From the NCBI GenBank assembly GCA_036824855.1, contig DAISZK010000009.1, forward strand, positions 1,296 through 65,295: DNA of 64,000 nt, given 5' to 3'. Below, piece after piece: positions 11,232 to 21,080 of this stretch; position 1 is the stretch's first letter; every line of letters begins with the position of its first letter. Source of the stretch: Chthoniobacterales bacterium (lineage in GTDB: Bacteria; Verrucomicrobiota; Verrucomicrobiia; Chthoniobacterales; UBA6821). Made by a program: the position numbers and the translations under genes. The notes beneath the pieces are model-generated. The model made no database searches, was not told the DNA's origin, and saw only the letters and a program-made list of their open reading frames with translations.

Positions 11232-11608
11232 TGACCGATCTGGGCGCTGTAGGCTTCGGGTATCAGGAGAGCACTGATCTCAGCGGCATCGGATGATTTC
11301 ATCCGGTAGATCCAGCCTTGGCCGAAGGGATCGGTATTCAGCAGAGCCGGGTTACCCAAGAGCTCCTCATTCACCTCGGTCACCGTCCCGGAGAGAGGTG
11401 AATAGATATCGCTAGCAGCTTTTACTGATTCAACGACGGCAGCAGTCGCGCCAGCCTTCACCTCGGCACCGACCTTCGGTGGCTCTGCATAGACGATATC
11501 CGTCAACTCAGCCTGAGCGTGATCGGTGATGCCGACGGTCACAGTGTCACCCTCGACTCGGATCCATTCGTGGGTTTTGGCGTAGCGAAGATCAGCGGGA
11601 ACGTTCAT
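11228..11608 (-). CDS. gcvH: Glycine cleavage system H protein
   Basis: [20 protein letters not shown] lipoyl-lysine motif, SPLSG. Confidence 0.99.
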   Translation of the reverse strand: MNVPADLRYAKTHEWIRVEGDTVTVGITDHAQAELTDIVYAEPPKVGAEVKAGATAAVVESVKAASDIYSPLSGTVTEVNEELLGNPALLNTDPFGQGWIYRMKSSDAAEISALLIPEAYSAQIGQ

Positions 11609-11630
11609 GGATTCAAAGAATACGGAGGGT

Positions 11631-12746
11631 TTAGAGGGTGGGTTTCTTGTAAAAAGGGAGTGTCGTTACCGTAGCGGGGTAACGACGTCCACGCACTTCA
11701 ATTTCCAGAGACGTGCCGGGAGCATGAAGTGCAGGAGGAAGGTAGGCCATGGCGATCCCCTCGCCGAGGCTGGGCGAGAGAGCACCGCTGCAGGTTTCAC
11801 CCACGGCAATTCCCTCGGCAAGAACAGGATAATGGGAACGGAGGGGAGGTCCGGAGGCGGAAAGCTTCAGCGGGGTGAGACGAGAGGAAAGACCGCCAGC
11901 GCGCTGCTGCTCCAGGGCCTTGCGGCCGGAAAACTCACCCTTCTCGGGATCATCAATACCCGTGAATTTATCAAGGCCCGCCTGAAGAGGTGTACGCTCA
12001 CGGGAGAGATCGGATCCGTTCAAAGGGTAACCCATCTCGAGCCTTAGTGTATCACGGGAACCGAGTCCGCACGGCTTGACCCCAGCGGAAAGAAGGCTCT
12101 CCCAGAGAGCGATGCCAGCTTTCACAGGCACAAAAAGCTCAAATCCATCCTCACCGGTATATCCGGTGCGGGCCACAAGGGATGGGATGGCCCCCTCAGA
12201 ATCGACAAGCGGGGCAATACCATTCCTCTTCGGGACATCGCATGAAGGAAAGAGTGACCTCAGAACCTTTTCCGAATCGGGCCCCTGGAGGGCAATCGCA
12301 GCATAGTCATTCCCCTGATCCTCAAGAACGATAGATCCATCGGCAGGAAGTTGAGAGCGCATCCATTCCAGATCGAGATCACGGCAGGCGCCGTTGATCA
12401 CCAGAAAGTAGGAGGTCTCTCCCGTGCGGTAGATGATCAGATCATCGATGACTCCTCCCTTCTCATCGAGCATGAGGGTGTACTGACCGCGGGTGACGGC
12501 GAGTTTGCCAACGCGGTTGGTCAGAAGACTCTCAAGCCAAGCCAAAGCGGCGGGACCTGAAACCGTGACCTCTCCCATGTGGGAAATATCGAACATACCG
12601 GAGGCGGATCGCACGGCTTTATGCTCATCCATGATTCCAGAATACTGGACAGGCATGAGCCATCCGCCGAACTCGACCATGCGGGCCCCGCAGGCGATAT
12701 GAGCGGCTTCGAGAGGAGAATGTTTTAGAAGCGTGGGATCACTCAT
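11631..12746 (-). CDS. gcvT: Glycine cleavage system aminomethyltransferase T
   Basis: FGGWLMPVQY, FDISHMGE, RTGYTGEDGFE, GLGSRDTLRLEMG. Confidence 0.98.
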   Translation of the reverse strand: MSDPTLLKHSPLEAAHIACGARMVEFGGWLMPVQYSGIMDEHKAVRSASGMFDISHMGEVTVSGPAALAWLESLLTNRVGKLAVTRGQYTLMLDEKGGVIDDLIIYRTGETSYFLVINGACRDLDLEWMRSQLPADGSIVLEDQGNDYAAIALQGPDSEKVLRSLFPSCDVPKRNGIAPLVDSEGAIPSLVARTGYTGEDGFELFVPVKAGIALWESLLSAGVKPCGLGSRDTLRLEMGYPLNGSDLSRERTPLQAGLDKFTGIDDPEKGEFSGRKALEQQRAGGLSSRLTPLKLSASGPPLRSHYPVLAEGIAVGETCSGALSPSLGEGIAMAYLPPALHAPGTSLEIEVRGRRYPATVTTLPFYKKPTL

Positions 12747-14719
12747 TACGCCTTATCTGTTGTTGTGGAAGAGGAACTCATCGAGCCGTTGGGGCGGCGA
12801 GCGTTGAAATCCAGATATGTGTAGGACTGGAACATCTTCTCGTATTCATCAGCAAGGCGCATCGCCTCGTTGGGTTTGAGACGATCCCCCTTCAGGGCGG
12901 CATCAGCTTGGGACTTAATCCTGCGGGCCAGCTCCTTGGTATCCCACTGAGTCAGAGTCAGCACCTGGTCGATGGTATTGCCCGGGAGCACCTCCTCGAT
13001 GTAGTACCCGGCATCCTCATCCTCATCGAGGAAGACATGCATCTCATTCACCCTACCGAAAAGGTTATGCAGATCACCCATGATGTCCTGATAGGCTCCG
13101 GAAAGGAAAATCCCGAGGTAATACGGCTCGCCGGGACGGACGGTGTGGACAGGAAGAGTCTCCTTCACATCTTGGAAATCGATGAACTTGGCCATCTTGC
13201 CGTCGGAATCACAGGTGATGTCGACCAGGGTGCCACTACGCTCAGGAACCTCATTGAGTCGGTGGATCGGCATGACCGGAAAGAGCTGACCCAATGCCCA
13301 ATGATCAAGCAGGGACTGGAACACGGAGAAGTTACAGAGTAGCTGATCGGCAAGAGCAACCTCGAGTTCCCTCACCTCTTCGGGAACCTGCTTCATCCCG
13401 GCGTGCAGTTTTACGATCGCAGCGGCAATCTGCCAGTAGAGGGTGTCAATCTTTGCCTTGGAGCGGAGGTCAAGGAGTCCTAGGTCGAACATCGACTGAG
13501 CCTGATCCCTGATCTGCTGGGCATCGTGAAGATTTTCCAAGCGACGCTTCTCATTGAGGCCAGCCATGATCTCAAGCATGTCGGAGACCAACTTGGGATC
13601 CTCCGGAGAGGCAGAAATCGTACCCGTATGACTCTGCTTCTCGATGGAACCGAAGGCTTCGATAATGAGTACGGAATGAGGAGCCACGATGAATCGTCCG
13701 CTCTCACTCACGATGACGGGATGCTCGACCTGCTCTGAGTCGCAGATCTCCATGATGTTGTAGACGATGTCTCGAGTGTACTCGTGGAGTGAGTAGTTTC
13801 TGGAGCTGTCGAAGCTGGTGCGCGATCCATCGTAGTCGACTCCGAGTCCACCACCCACGTCGAGATAGCCGAGGGCATGGCCCATCTTTTTGAGCTTCGC
13901 GTAGAAGCGGGCGGCCTCACGCGTAGCGCGACTTATCGTCTGAATGTCAGGGACCTGCGAACCGACATGGTAATGAAGAAGAACGAGAGCATCGGGCATC
14001 CCCTCGGCATGGAGCGTGTCACTCATCGAGACAAGATCTGCTGTCGAGAGGCCAAACTTGGCATTTTCTCCACCGCTGGTGGCCCATTTGCCAGCTCCCT
14101 TCGAGAGAAGGCGTACGCGGGCACCGATCATGGGCTTTACTCCCACCTGCTTCGCAACGGCAAGGATCTGATGAAACTCCTCCAACTTCTCCACGACGAG
14201 AATGACTTTCTTACCAAGCTTGATCCCGATGAGTGCAGCGCGGATGAACTCATCGTCCTTGTAGCCATTACCGACCACAAGACTCTCGGGATCAGAATGG
14301 ACGGCAAGAGCGGCTATTAACTCGGGCTTACTTCCAGCCTCGATGCCAAAATGATAAGGGAGGCCCGCATCCACGATCTCTTCAACGACTTCGCAGAGTT
14401 GATTAACCTTGATGGGAAAAACCCCGCGATACTTATTCTTGTATCCGCACTCCGTAATAGCTCTCGCAAATGACTCATTGAGCCGACGCACACGATCACG
14501 AAGCAGGTCATGACACCGGACCAGCAGAGGAAAACGGAGACCTCGATCCTTCGCCTCCTCGACCAGTTCCATTAGGTCGATTTCCTCCCCTTCCCTGCGG
14601 CGAGGAAGCATGATGGCGTGCCCAGCATCATTGATTCTGACGTATCCCTCGGACCATCCCTCCACGTTGTAGAGCGATGAATTCTGGGCAGTGATGGATC
14701 CGGCGGAGTCTTGGGACAT
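12746..14719 (-). CDS. speA: Biosynthetic arginine decarboxylase
   Basis: GVFPIKVNQ PLP lysine, EAGSKPE, SGGENAKFGL, HYHVGSQ, DVGGGLGVDYDG, DITCDSDG, GAYQDIMGDLHNLFG. Confidence 0.97.
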   Translation of the reverse strand: MSQDSAGSITAQNSSLYNVEGWSEGYVRINDAGHAIMLPRRREGEEIDLMELVEEAKDRGLRFPLLVRCHDLLRDRVRRLNESFARAITECGYKNKYRGVFPIKVNQLCEVVEEIVDAGLPYHFGIEAGSKPELIAALAVHSDPESLVVGNGYKDDEFIRAALIGIKLGKKVILVVEKLEEFHQILAVAKQVGVKPMIGARVRLLSKGAGKWATSGGENAKFGLSTADLVSMSDTLHAEGMPDALVLLHYHVGSQVPDIQTISRATREAARFYAKLKKMGHALGYLDVGGGLGVDYDGSRTSFDSSRNYSLHEYTRDIVYNIMEICDSEQVEHPVIVSESGRFIVAPHSVLIIEAFGSIEKQSHTGTISASPEDPKLVSDMLEIMAGLNEKRRLENLHDAQQIRDQAQSMFDLGLLDLRSKAKIDTLYWQIAAAIVKLHAGMKQVPEEVRELEVALADQLLCNFSVFQSLLDHWALGQLFPVMPIHRLNEVPERSGTLVDITCDSDGKMAKFIDFQDVKETLPVHTVRPGEPYYLGIFLSGAYQDIMGDLHNLFGRVNEMHVFLDEDEDAGYYIEEVLPGNTIDQVLTLTQWDTKELARRIKSQADAALKGDRLKPNEAMRLADEYEKMFQSYTYLDFNARRPNGSMSSSSTTTDKA

Positions 14720-14867
14720 TGAGGATAAATTGATGAGTAAAAATTAAAACAAACATGCCCTGTCTTGGCGACATGATGCTTTAGTTTTTTTGCATTGCCG
14801 TTTCCCATGACAGTAGATGTGAATGGGTGCTCGGAAGAATCCCTTCGACAACCAGAATCTTACCATC

Positions 14868-16175
14868 ATGAAACTCCTTCATATCGATGCATTTGCCGGG
14901 ATTAGTGGCGACATGTCCGTTTCGGCACTCAGAGATCTCGGAGTTCCGGAGGAGATTTTTAGCAATGCATTGAAGGCATTGCCAATCGATCTGCCACCCT
15001 GCTGCTTCGAGCGCAGCGAAAGAAATGGCATCGCAGGTTGGCGCTTTTTGGTAAGTGGACATGACGGCCACGAGGGAGCACCTGCTGATCATCACCATCA
15101 CGAGCACAGTCATGAGCATCATCATGTGGTGCACGACCACCACCATCACGGCGATGGAGATCACCATGAGCATGATCATAACCATGGCTCTGCTGGTCAT
15201 CACTTCCATGGACGTAATCACGCCGAGATCGTAGCTTTGATCAGTGGCAGTAACCTCGGAGAGAAGGTAAAAACACGCGCCCTTGCCGTTTTCCAGCGGA
15301 TCGCCATCGCAGAGGGAGGAGTGCACGGAGTCCCCCCAGAAAATGTCGGATTTCACGAGGTCGGGGCGGAGGACTCGATCGCCGATATCGTTTGTGCTTG
15401 TGCAGGAATTGATTACTTAAAGATCGATAAGATCACGTGCGGTCCGTTGATCGAGGGCACCGGGCATATCCACTGCGCTCATGGAACTTTCCCCCTACCA
15501 GCACCAGCCACCCTGGCGATTCTCAAGGGAATACCTTTTCGACAGGTCGATGAACCTTGGGAGCACATCACTCCAACAGGTGCAGCGATTCTGGCAGAGT
15601 TTGCCACGGCTTTTGTGCCAATGCCCGAGATGAAGGTGAACGCTATCGGATACGGACTCGGCTCGCGAAACACCCCGAATCGCCCCAATGTTCTCCGTCT
15701 GATTCTGGGCAAATCCACAGAATCCGATCATGCAACCTTGGAAGAGGTCGTCGAACTACGCTGCAATCTGGATGACCTCACACCCGAGCATGCCTCCAGT
15801 GCACTCGATGCATTGATCACAGCGGGAGCACTCGATGCGACGCTCACGCCGACAGTCATGAAAAAGGGTCGTTCCGGTTGGATCCTGGAGGTTCTTACCG
15901 TGGCGGAGAAAGCTGAGGATCTATCCGAACTGATGCTGCGCCAAACAAGCGCCTTCGGTATCCGTCGACACCACATGGAGCGATTGAAACTCGAGCGGCA
16001 TTTCGAAGAGGCCGAGACACGCTATGGAAATATCCGAGTCAAGGTGGGTACACTTGGCGGTGAGGTCATTCAGCGTTCACCCGAGTTCTCCTCCTGCGCG
16101 GAGGCTGCAGTTCACCATCAAGTGGCCGTCAGACTGGTCTATGAAGCCGCTCTGCGCACCCTAGCCGAAGATTAG
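14868..16175 (+). CDS. larC: Nickel pincer cofactor biosynthesis protein LarC (DUF111) with long His-rich insert
   Basis: DAFAGISGDM, FHEVGAEDSIADI, PAPAT, TPTGAA, NLDD..PE, MKKGR, PEF; start moved to MKLLHID at 14868. Confidence 0.9.
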   Translation: MKLLHIDAFAGISGDMSVSALRDLGVPEEIFSNALKALPIDLPPCCFERSERNGIAGWRFLVSGHDGHEGAPADHHHHEHSHEHHHVVHDHHHHGDGDHHEHDHNHGSAGHHFHGRNHAEIVALISGSNLGEKVKTRALAVFQRIAIAEGGVHGVPPENVGFHEVGAEDSIADIVCACAGIDYLKIDKITCGPLIEGTGHIHCAHGTFPLPAPATLAILKGIPFRQVDEPWEHITPTGAAILAEFATAFVPMPEMKVNAIGYGLGSRNTPNRPNVLRLILGKSTESDHATLEEVVELRCNLDDLTPEHASSALDALITAGALDATLTPTVMKKGRSGWILEVLTVAEKAEDLSELMLRQTSAFGIRRHHMERLKLERHFEEAETRYGNIRVKVGTLGGEVIQRSPEFSSCAEAAVHHQVAVRLVYEAALRTLAED

Positions 16176-16189
16176 AAGAATCGTTACTC

Positions 16190-17011
16190 CTATTCCTCGT
16201 CTTCGGTCGTTCCGCCATTCCCCCGGACAGGTTTAGCTGCGCAGACCCCACGCTTCTTGGCAGAGGCGATGAAATCGAGAAAGTACTGTGCCTCGGGACC
16301 CCATGTTTCCTTTCTCGATTCCTCAAGAGCCTGAGAAATATTCCGGCCACTGTGATAGATCAGGCGGAATGCCCGCTTGATCTCAAGACGCGTCTCGGAA
16401 CTCATCCCGGCGCGCTTGAGGCCGACAGCGTTGATACCGGCTACCATGCTGGTCCCATAAGCAGAGACAAAAGGAGGGATATCCTTCGGGAAGCGCTCCC
16501 CTCCCCTGACCATGCAGAGTTTGCCAACACGCAGGAACTGGTGGAAAACCGAGCCACCCCCGAGAACCGCTCCATCCTGAACCTCGACATACCCAGCAAG
16601 GAGGCAATTATTGGCAATGATCACCTTGTTGCCGACCGAGCTGTTGTGACCGAGATGGACCCCCACCATCAGGAAGTTTTTGTCTCCGACGCGGGTGACT
16701 GACCCCTCCTTGGTGCCGCGGTGGATGGTGACGTATTCGCGGATGACATTGTCATCACCGATGACCACCTCACTCTTCGTGCCGGGCTTAAAATCGTAAT
16801 CCTGAGGATCAGCTCCAACAATGGCCCCATATCCCACGGTATTTCTGGCACCCATGCGCACATGGCCTGTGATCACAGCATGAGCCTGAATCTGACATGC
16901 CTCGCCGATGACAGCTCCGGCCTCAATGATCACCCCTGGACCAACCTCCACATCGGAGGAAACTTCGGCGGCAGGGTCAACGAAAGCGGAGGGGTGAATC
17001 TTAGACATCAA
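16190..17011 (-). CDS. lpxA: Acyl-ACP--UDP-N-acetylglucosamine O-acyltransferase
   Basis: IHPSAFVD, hexapeptide repeats, DPQD, IREYVTIHRGT, HLGHNS, HQF, GINAVGLKR. Confidence 0.93.
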   Translation of the reverse strand: MMSKIHPSAFVDPAAEVSSDVEVGPGVIIEAGAVIGEACQIQAHAVITGHVRMGARNTVGYGAIVGADPQDYDFKPGTKSEVVIGDDNVIREYVTIHRGTKEGSVTRVGDKNFLMVGVHLGHNSSVGNKVIIANNCLLAGYVEVQDGAVLGGGSVFHQFLRVGKLCMVRGGERFPKDIPPFVSAYGTSMVAGINAVGLKRAGMSSETRLEIKRAFRLIYHSGRNISQALEESRKETWGPEAQYFLDFIASAKKRGVCAAKPVRGNGGTTEDEE

Positions 17012-17053
17012 AAATAAATTATGAGGGATAAAGGATAAATTATGAAGAATGAA
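17012..17053. repeat. Heptamer repeat (reverse orientation of TTCATCC family) directly upstream of lpxA
   Basis: AAATAAA TTATGAG GGATAAA GGATAAA TTATGAA GAATGAA. Confidence 0.75.
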
Positions 17054-17139
17054 AAGATCCTGAACTTCTCTTCCTCCTCCCCAAGGGCAGTTCCCTACGG
17101 CAAACCATGCTCTTCCGCGCGGGATTGGTTCCCGATCCC

Positions 17140-17835
17140 CTAAATCAGTCCCGCCTCACGGAAACTAAAATATGGTGATTGATCCCTCCTCACCGCCCCA
17201 ATGATGACATGATCAACCAGCGGAATCTGTAATAGCGTGCCGGCTTCCGTCAGTCGGCGTGTAAGACGTCTGTCCGCCTCACTTGGCTGAGGATCTCCCG
17301 AGGGATGATTATGAACAATAGCAATGGCATACGCTCCCTTGGCGATGGCTGGACGAAAGATCTCACGCGGATGGGCGATACTCTCGTTCAGGCTACCTCG
17401 AGAGACTTCACGATGCTCCAGAAGGCCGTGACGGGTATCGAGCAGAAGCACTCGCAGGGATTCGTAAGGAAGTATTTCCATCTCACGAGCTAGCAGTCGG
17501 TGAATTACCCCGGCTCGGTCGATTCTGGGGCGCTCCACCTCGGGGAGTGCCATTCGACGACCCATCTCAAAAGCAGCCTTGAGTTCCGCAGCCTTGGCTG
17601 GCCCCATGCCGGGAAGCAAGGAAAGCTCCTCTACTGAGCATCCCGCTAATCGTCGCAGACTCCCCCACTCAACCAACAAGGATTTGGCCAGAGACATGAC
17701 ATCCAACCCGACTTTGCCAGTTCGAAGAAACAGAGCCAGCAACTCGGCATCAGTAAGCACGGAGGCCCCATGACTGAAAAGTCGTTCACGTGGCCTCTCG
17801 GTCCGGGGAAGGTCCCCAAAGCATGAAGAGATCAT
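17140..17835 (-). CDS. radC: RadC family protein (UPF0758, JAB domain), full-length form
   Basis: ERPRERL..GA..L.DAELLA, HhH GMGPAKA, HPREIF, HNHPSGDPQPSEAD, DHVII. Confidence 0.95.
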   Translation of the reverse strand: MISSCFGDLPRTERPRERLFSHGASVLTDAELLALFLRTGKVGLDVMSLAKSLLVEWGSLRRLAGCSVEELSLLPGMGPAKAAELKAAFEMGRRMALPEVERPRIDRAGVIHRLLAREMEILPYESLRVLLLDTRHGLLEHREVSRGSLNESIAHPREIFRPAIAKGAYAIAIVHNHPSGDPQPSEADRRLTRRLTEAGTLLQIPLVDHVIIGAVRRDQSPYFSFREAGLI

Positions 17836-17923
17836 TGTGAAAACTAGGCTAAGTTTTTCAAGTCACAAGGGACAATGTCATTGAATCAATCAACTAACCT
17901 TAATTGACTTTTCTAATTCTTCC

Positions 17924-18127
17924 TCACTCTTGCGCTGAAAAACCAAGATCCTCGGAGGATTCCTTGCCGAGGGGTTCGCGAGGAACGGAAACTTGGGTAG
18001 TTACACTCATCGGCTCATCTCCAACGAGGGATTCCGAAGCCTCTGTGATTGGGTTTGATTCTTCGGTACCTTCAGCGCGATAGCACCTGCTGTAGGATCT
18101 GAATCCTGAACTTCTTTTCCAAGGCAT
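17924..18127 (-). CDS. Small acidic hypothetical ORF, possibly frameshifted
   Basis: 67-aa ORF from track with Glu/Ser-rich C-terminal half; no recognisable motif. Confidence 0.3.
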   Translation of the reverse strand: MPWKRSSGFRSYSRCYRAEGTEESNPITEASESLVGDEPMSVTTQVSVPREPLGKESSEDLGFSAQE

Positions 18128-18355
18128 GATGATTTCTCACGATCATGGTGTATCAGTTCTAGGGGTCACGGGTATCTCCCGTGCAGTTTCAAATTTACTA
18201 CCAATCCAGAGCAAAAAAAAGAAAATCCGCTTGTCCCAATCCAAAATGTAACGGTGGGAACAAAACAAGGAGGCTAGCATGACTTACGGTCTCTCTCCCC
18301 GCTTTAGAACCCTTGGCGGGGGTAATAGGCTGCGATGAGGCAGAGAACCTCAGAG

Positions 18356-18958
18356 TTATTTCATCAGGGCAAAACCAATGAATCCGAGCAGGAAAGCTAA
18401 ACCGGTGAAGAGAAATGCATAGCGCTGTCTGAGGATCTTCAGATCACGGATGTAGGCGAGCTGCATGATCTCGGCTGCAAGATCCAGCAGCATCCGATCG
18501 CAGGTCTTGGGAATCTCGCCGACAAACTTTTCAACACTCATCGTGGAGCGGACCTCCTTACGCCTGAACAAGGCATCGATGAAATTCAGACGAAACAATC
18601 CTGCGGCGTAGAAGGTATTAAAATGCCCGGTTCCTGTCGCATGGTAGTGCGTCCCTCCGATACCGCTCAAGGTGAGCACGGAAAGAAGGATTCCAAGCCC
18701 ATAAGAGATAATGGCCAGGGTAAAGAAGACGGAAGCATAAGAGATACCGCTGGAATGTGCCTCAATATAGCGCTCGGCCACATCTTTGAGCGGAAAAGCC
18801 AAGGCAGCCAGAAGGATACCGATCTTGGCATCGACAGCCCGAATCGTTCCCTGAATATCCTTGATCGACTCAAGACCCCATGCCAAAGCAGCTCCTTCAT
18901 CGGTCTGACGATCGACCGAGACGACCAACCGCTCGAGAGAAGACTCACTTGTTGTCAT
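18356..18958 (-). CDS. Pycsar effector family (PycTM/DUF5706-like) membrane protein
   Basis: IQGTIRAVDAKIGILL (DxK motif then TM1), second TM, ..TFY.., helix EIMQLAYIRDLK with conserved Lys, terminal TM; layout matches my recollection of the PycTM family. Confidence 0.72.
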   Translation of the reverse strand: MTTSESSLERLVVSVDRQTDEGAALAWGLESIKDIQGTIRAVDAKIGILLAALAFPLKDVAERYIEAHSSGISYASVFFTLAIISYGLGILLSVLTLSGIGGTHYHATGTGHFNTFYAAGLFRLNFIDALFRRKEVRSTMSVEKFVGEIPKTCDRMLLDLAAEIMQLAYIRDLKILRQRYAFLFTGLAFLLGFIGFALMK

Positions 18959-18986
18959 CTCTGGATCGCTTTGGCTCTTCTGAGAC

Positions 18987-19361
18987 TCAGGAATTTGCAG
19001 CCTCTTTCTGAAGCTTATTCATGTGACGAAGACGATCCGCAAGAACCTTCATGACATGAGTGGCGAAGAACGGGTTTTGGCCGATCATGAAGTTGAATCG
19101 GCGCTCATCGACCTTGGCGAGCTTCGCGGAGTCCTTGGCAACCACGGTGGCGGTTCTTGGAGACTGGTCGATGAGGGCCAATTCACCCAGAATCGCACCA
19201 CGTTCAGAGTGCTCGACGGCTTTGCCACCAACAATGACATCCACGGATCCCTCGAGCAGGACATACATGCAATCTCCAGCCTCCCCCTCACTGAAGAGGA
19301 TCTCTCCGGGGGCTAGATTCGTGGTATCCGTGTCGTGGGAGAAGAGGTTTGCTGGATTCAT
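18987..19361 (-). CDS. Stand-alone cyclic nucleotide-binding domain protein
   Basis: GEILFSEGEAGDCMYVLLEG, phosphate-binding cassette GELALIDQSPRTATV, C-helix; no HTH. Confidence 0.93.
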   Translation of the reverse strand: MNPANLFSHDTDTTNLAPGEILFSEGEAGDCMYVLLEGSVDVIVGGKAVEHSERGAILGELALIDQSPRTATVVAKDSAKLAKVDERRFNFMIGQNPFFATHVMKVLADRLRHMNKLQKEAANS

Positions 19362-19500
19362 GTAGGGAGAAAATGACGAAGGGTTTCACATGACAAGCCA
19401 ATAATGATGGATCATCATGCCGTGTATCGGAAATGGAACCTTCATCCGTAAAATTTCGTTCCTGACAGGAATAAGCCACATCATATTCTGACACATTGTC

Positions 19501-21009
19501 ATGAAAAAATTGTCCCATCAGCTGGCGGCCCTTCTCTTGGCCTTTTTCGTAGGTATGATCGCGTTCGGCATCTACTCGAACTATTGCCTGATTCGCACCT
19601 CATCCAAGATTTCCGCAGCCGAAGCGAAGGCACGGGTCAATGGCGACATCTACAACAGGATCGTGCTTACCAAGGACCTTCTGGCCGATGTCCTTCCACC
19701 GCCAGCCTACTTGATCGAAAGCTACCTCATGGCCCTTCGCCTGATCGACTCGTCAGACAAGTCAGAAAAGGAAATGCTCATCGGACAGATCGGCCGCCTG
19801 CACAAGGAATTCAACGAATCCTTTGAGCACTGGAACAAAGACCTCCCCAAGGGGCAACTCAGGGATTCCTTTCTCAACTCTGCGGAGGCCGGAAGGAGCT
19901 TTTTTGAGATCTTGGAAAAACAGCTGATACCCGCAGTGACCTCGGGGAACAATGCCCTCGCCAAGGAAATCGCCCAAAAAGGTCTTCTCGAAAAATACAA
20001 CACCCAGCGGGCGGAGATCGACAAGGTGGTGGCCCATGCCAATGAGGAGAGCGATGCCACCAAAATGGAATTGAACAAAACCCTTACCGAAAGTCATCAG
20101 GAGACCTCCAGGCAGATCACCTCATCCATCTGGGAAAGCATCGTCGCCATCGCGATCGTGATGATCGGATGCGGTCTGGCCGGTTTCTGGATTGCGGCAA
20201 GGATTACCCGATCCATCCGTCATACGGCGCTGACAATGGAGGATATCTCAGCACCTCTTGCCCAAGCTTCACGGGATGTCTCCACATCGAGCCTCTTGCT
20301 GGCCGAGGGTGCCAATGAGCAGGCATCCGCACTGGAGGAAACGTCGGCCTCCCTGGAGGAGATGTCCAGCATGGCAAAGAACAACGAGGACCAGACCCAG
20401 AAATGCCAGCATTGGATGAGCGACGCCAGCGAAGTCGTTGCCAAGGTGGACAAACTTCTCCGTGAGACGGGCCATGCGATCACCGAAATCAACCGCTCAA
20501 GCGAGGCCACAAGCAAAATCATTAAGACAATCGATGAAATCGCCTTCCAAACCAATATTCTAGCCCTCAATGCAGCCGTCGAGGCGGCACGCGCCGGAGA
20601 GGCCGGTCTGGGCTTCGCTGTCGTCGCTGACGAGGTGAGAAATCTCGCCATGCGAAGCGCCCAAGCGGCGAAAGAGACAGGCGAATTGATATCGACCGCC
20701 GAAAAAGCTGCCCTTCATGGAAACGAACTCATCGTCCTGACTCAGGAAGGATTTACATCCAACGTGGAGTTTTCCGAAAAAATCAGACACGCGGTCGATG
20801 AGATCGTCTCGGCCGGCAGGGAGCAGGCACGGGGCATCACCCAAATCAGCTCGGCGATGAACCAGATAGAGCGTGTAACTCAGAGCACCGCCGATCATGC
20901 AAAAAGATCTGCGAATGCTTCGGAACAACTCGCCGAGCAGGCGAACCGCATGGAATCTTCTGTCGAGGAACTACTCGAGTTAGTCGGGGGAAAAAGGCAA
21001 AAGCTTTAA
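19501..21009 (+). CDS. Methyl-accepting chemotaxis protein (TM-periplasmic helical sensor-TM-signalling domain)
   Basis: Two TM segments; [40 protein letters not shown] hairpin tip; [15 protein letters not shown] methylation helix. Confidence 0.93.
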   Translation: MKKLSHQLAALLLAFFVGMIAFGIYSNYCLIRTSSKISAAEAKARVNGDIYNRIVLTKDLLADVLPPPAYLIESYLMALRLIDSSDKSEKEMLIGQIGRLHKEFNESFEHWNKDLPKGQLRDSFLNSAEAGRSFFEILEKQLIPAVTSGNNALAKEIAQKGLLEKYNTQRAEIDKVVAHANEESDATKMELNKTLTESHQETSRQITSSIWESIVAIAIVMIGCGLAGFWIAARITRSIRHTALTMEDISAPLAQASRDVSTSSLLLAEGANEQASALEETSASLEEMSSMAKNNEDQTQKCQHWMSDASEVVAKVDKLLRETGHAITEINRSSEATSKIIKTIDEIAFQTNILALNAAVEAARAGEAGLGFAVVADEVRNLAMRSAQAAKETGELISTAEKAALHGNELIVLTQEGFTSNVEFSEKIRHAVDEIVSAGREQARGITQISSAMNQIERVTQSTADHAKRSANASEQLAEQANRMESSVEELLELVGGKRQKL

Positions 21010-21080
21010 GAGCAGCCCAGCACGATGCAATCTTTTCCCTTCAAAGTTGGTAATCCCTCAAATCTGAAACAGAAAACACG

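Noticed and set aside
12700-12800. Expected glycine riboswitch ahead of gcvT
   Set aside because: No intergenic space; the speA stop overlaps the gcvT start
14781-15356. Met/Val-rich 191-aa - strand ORF
   Set aside because: Reverse reading of the LarC CAT/CAC His tract
17097-17135. GGCAAACC resembling the start of a c-di-GMP-I riboswitch
   Set aside because: No following GNRA-capped stem or GACGCAAAG element; wrong strand for lpxA
17140-17835. radC as a marker of a mobile or defence island (JAB/Cap3-like)
   Set aside because: Full-length HhH+JAB form typical of the chromosomal copy; no E1/E2 or CD-NTase genes nearby
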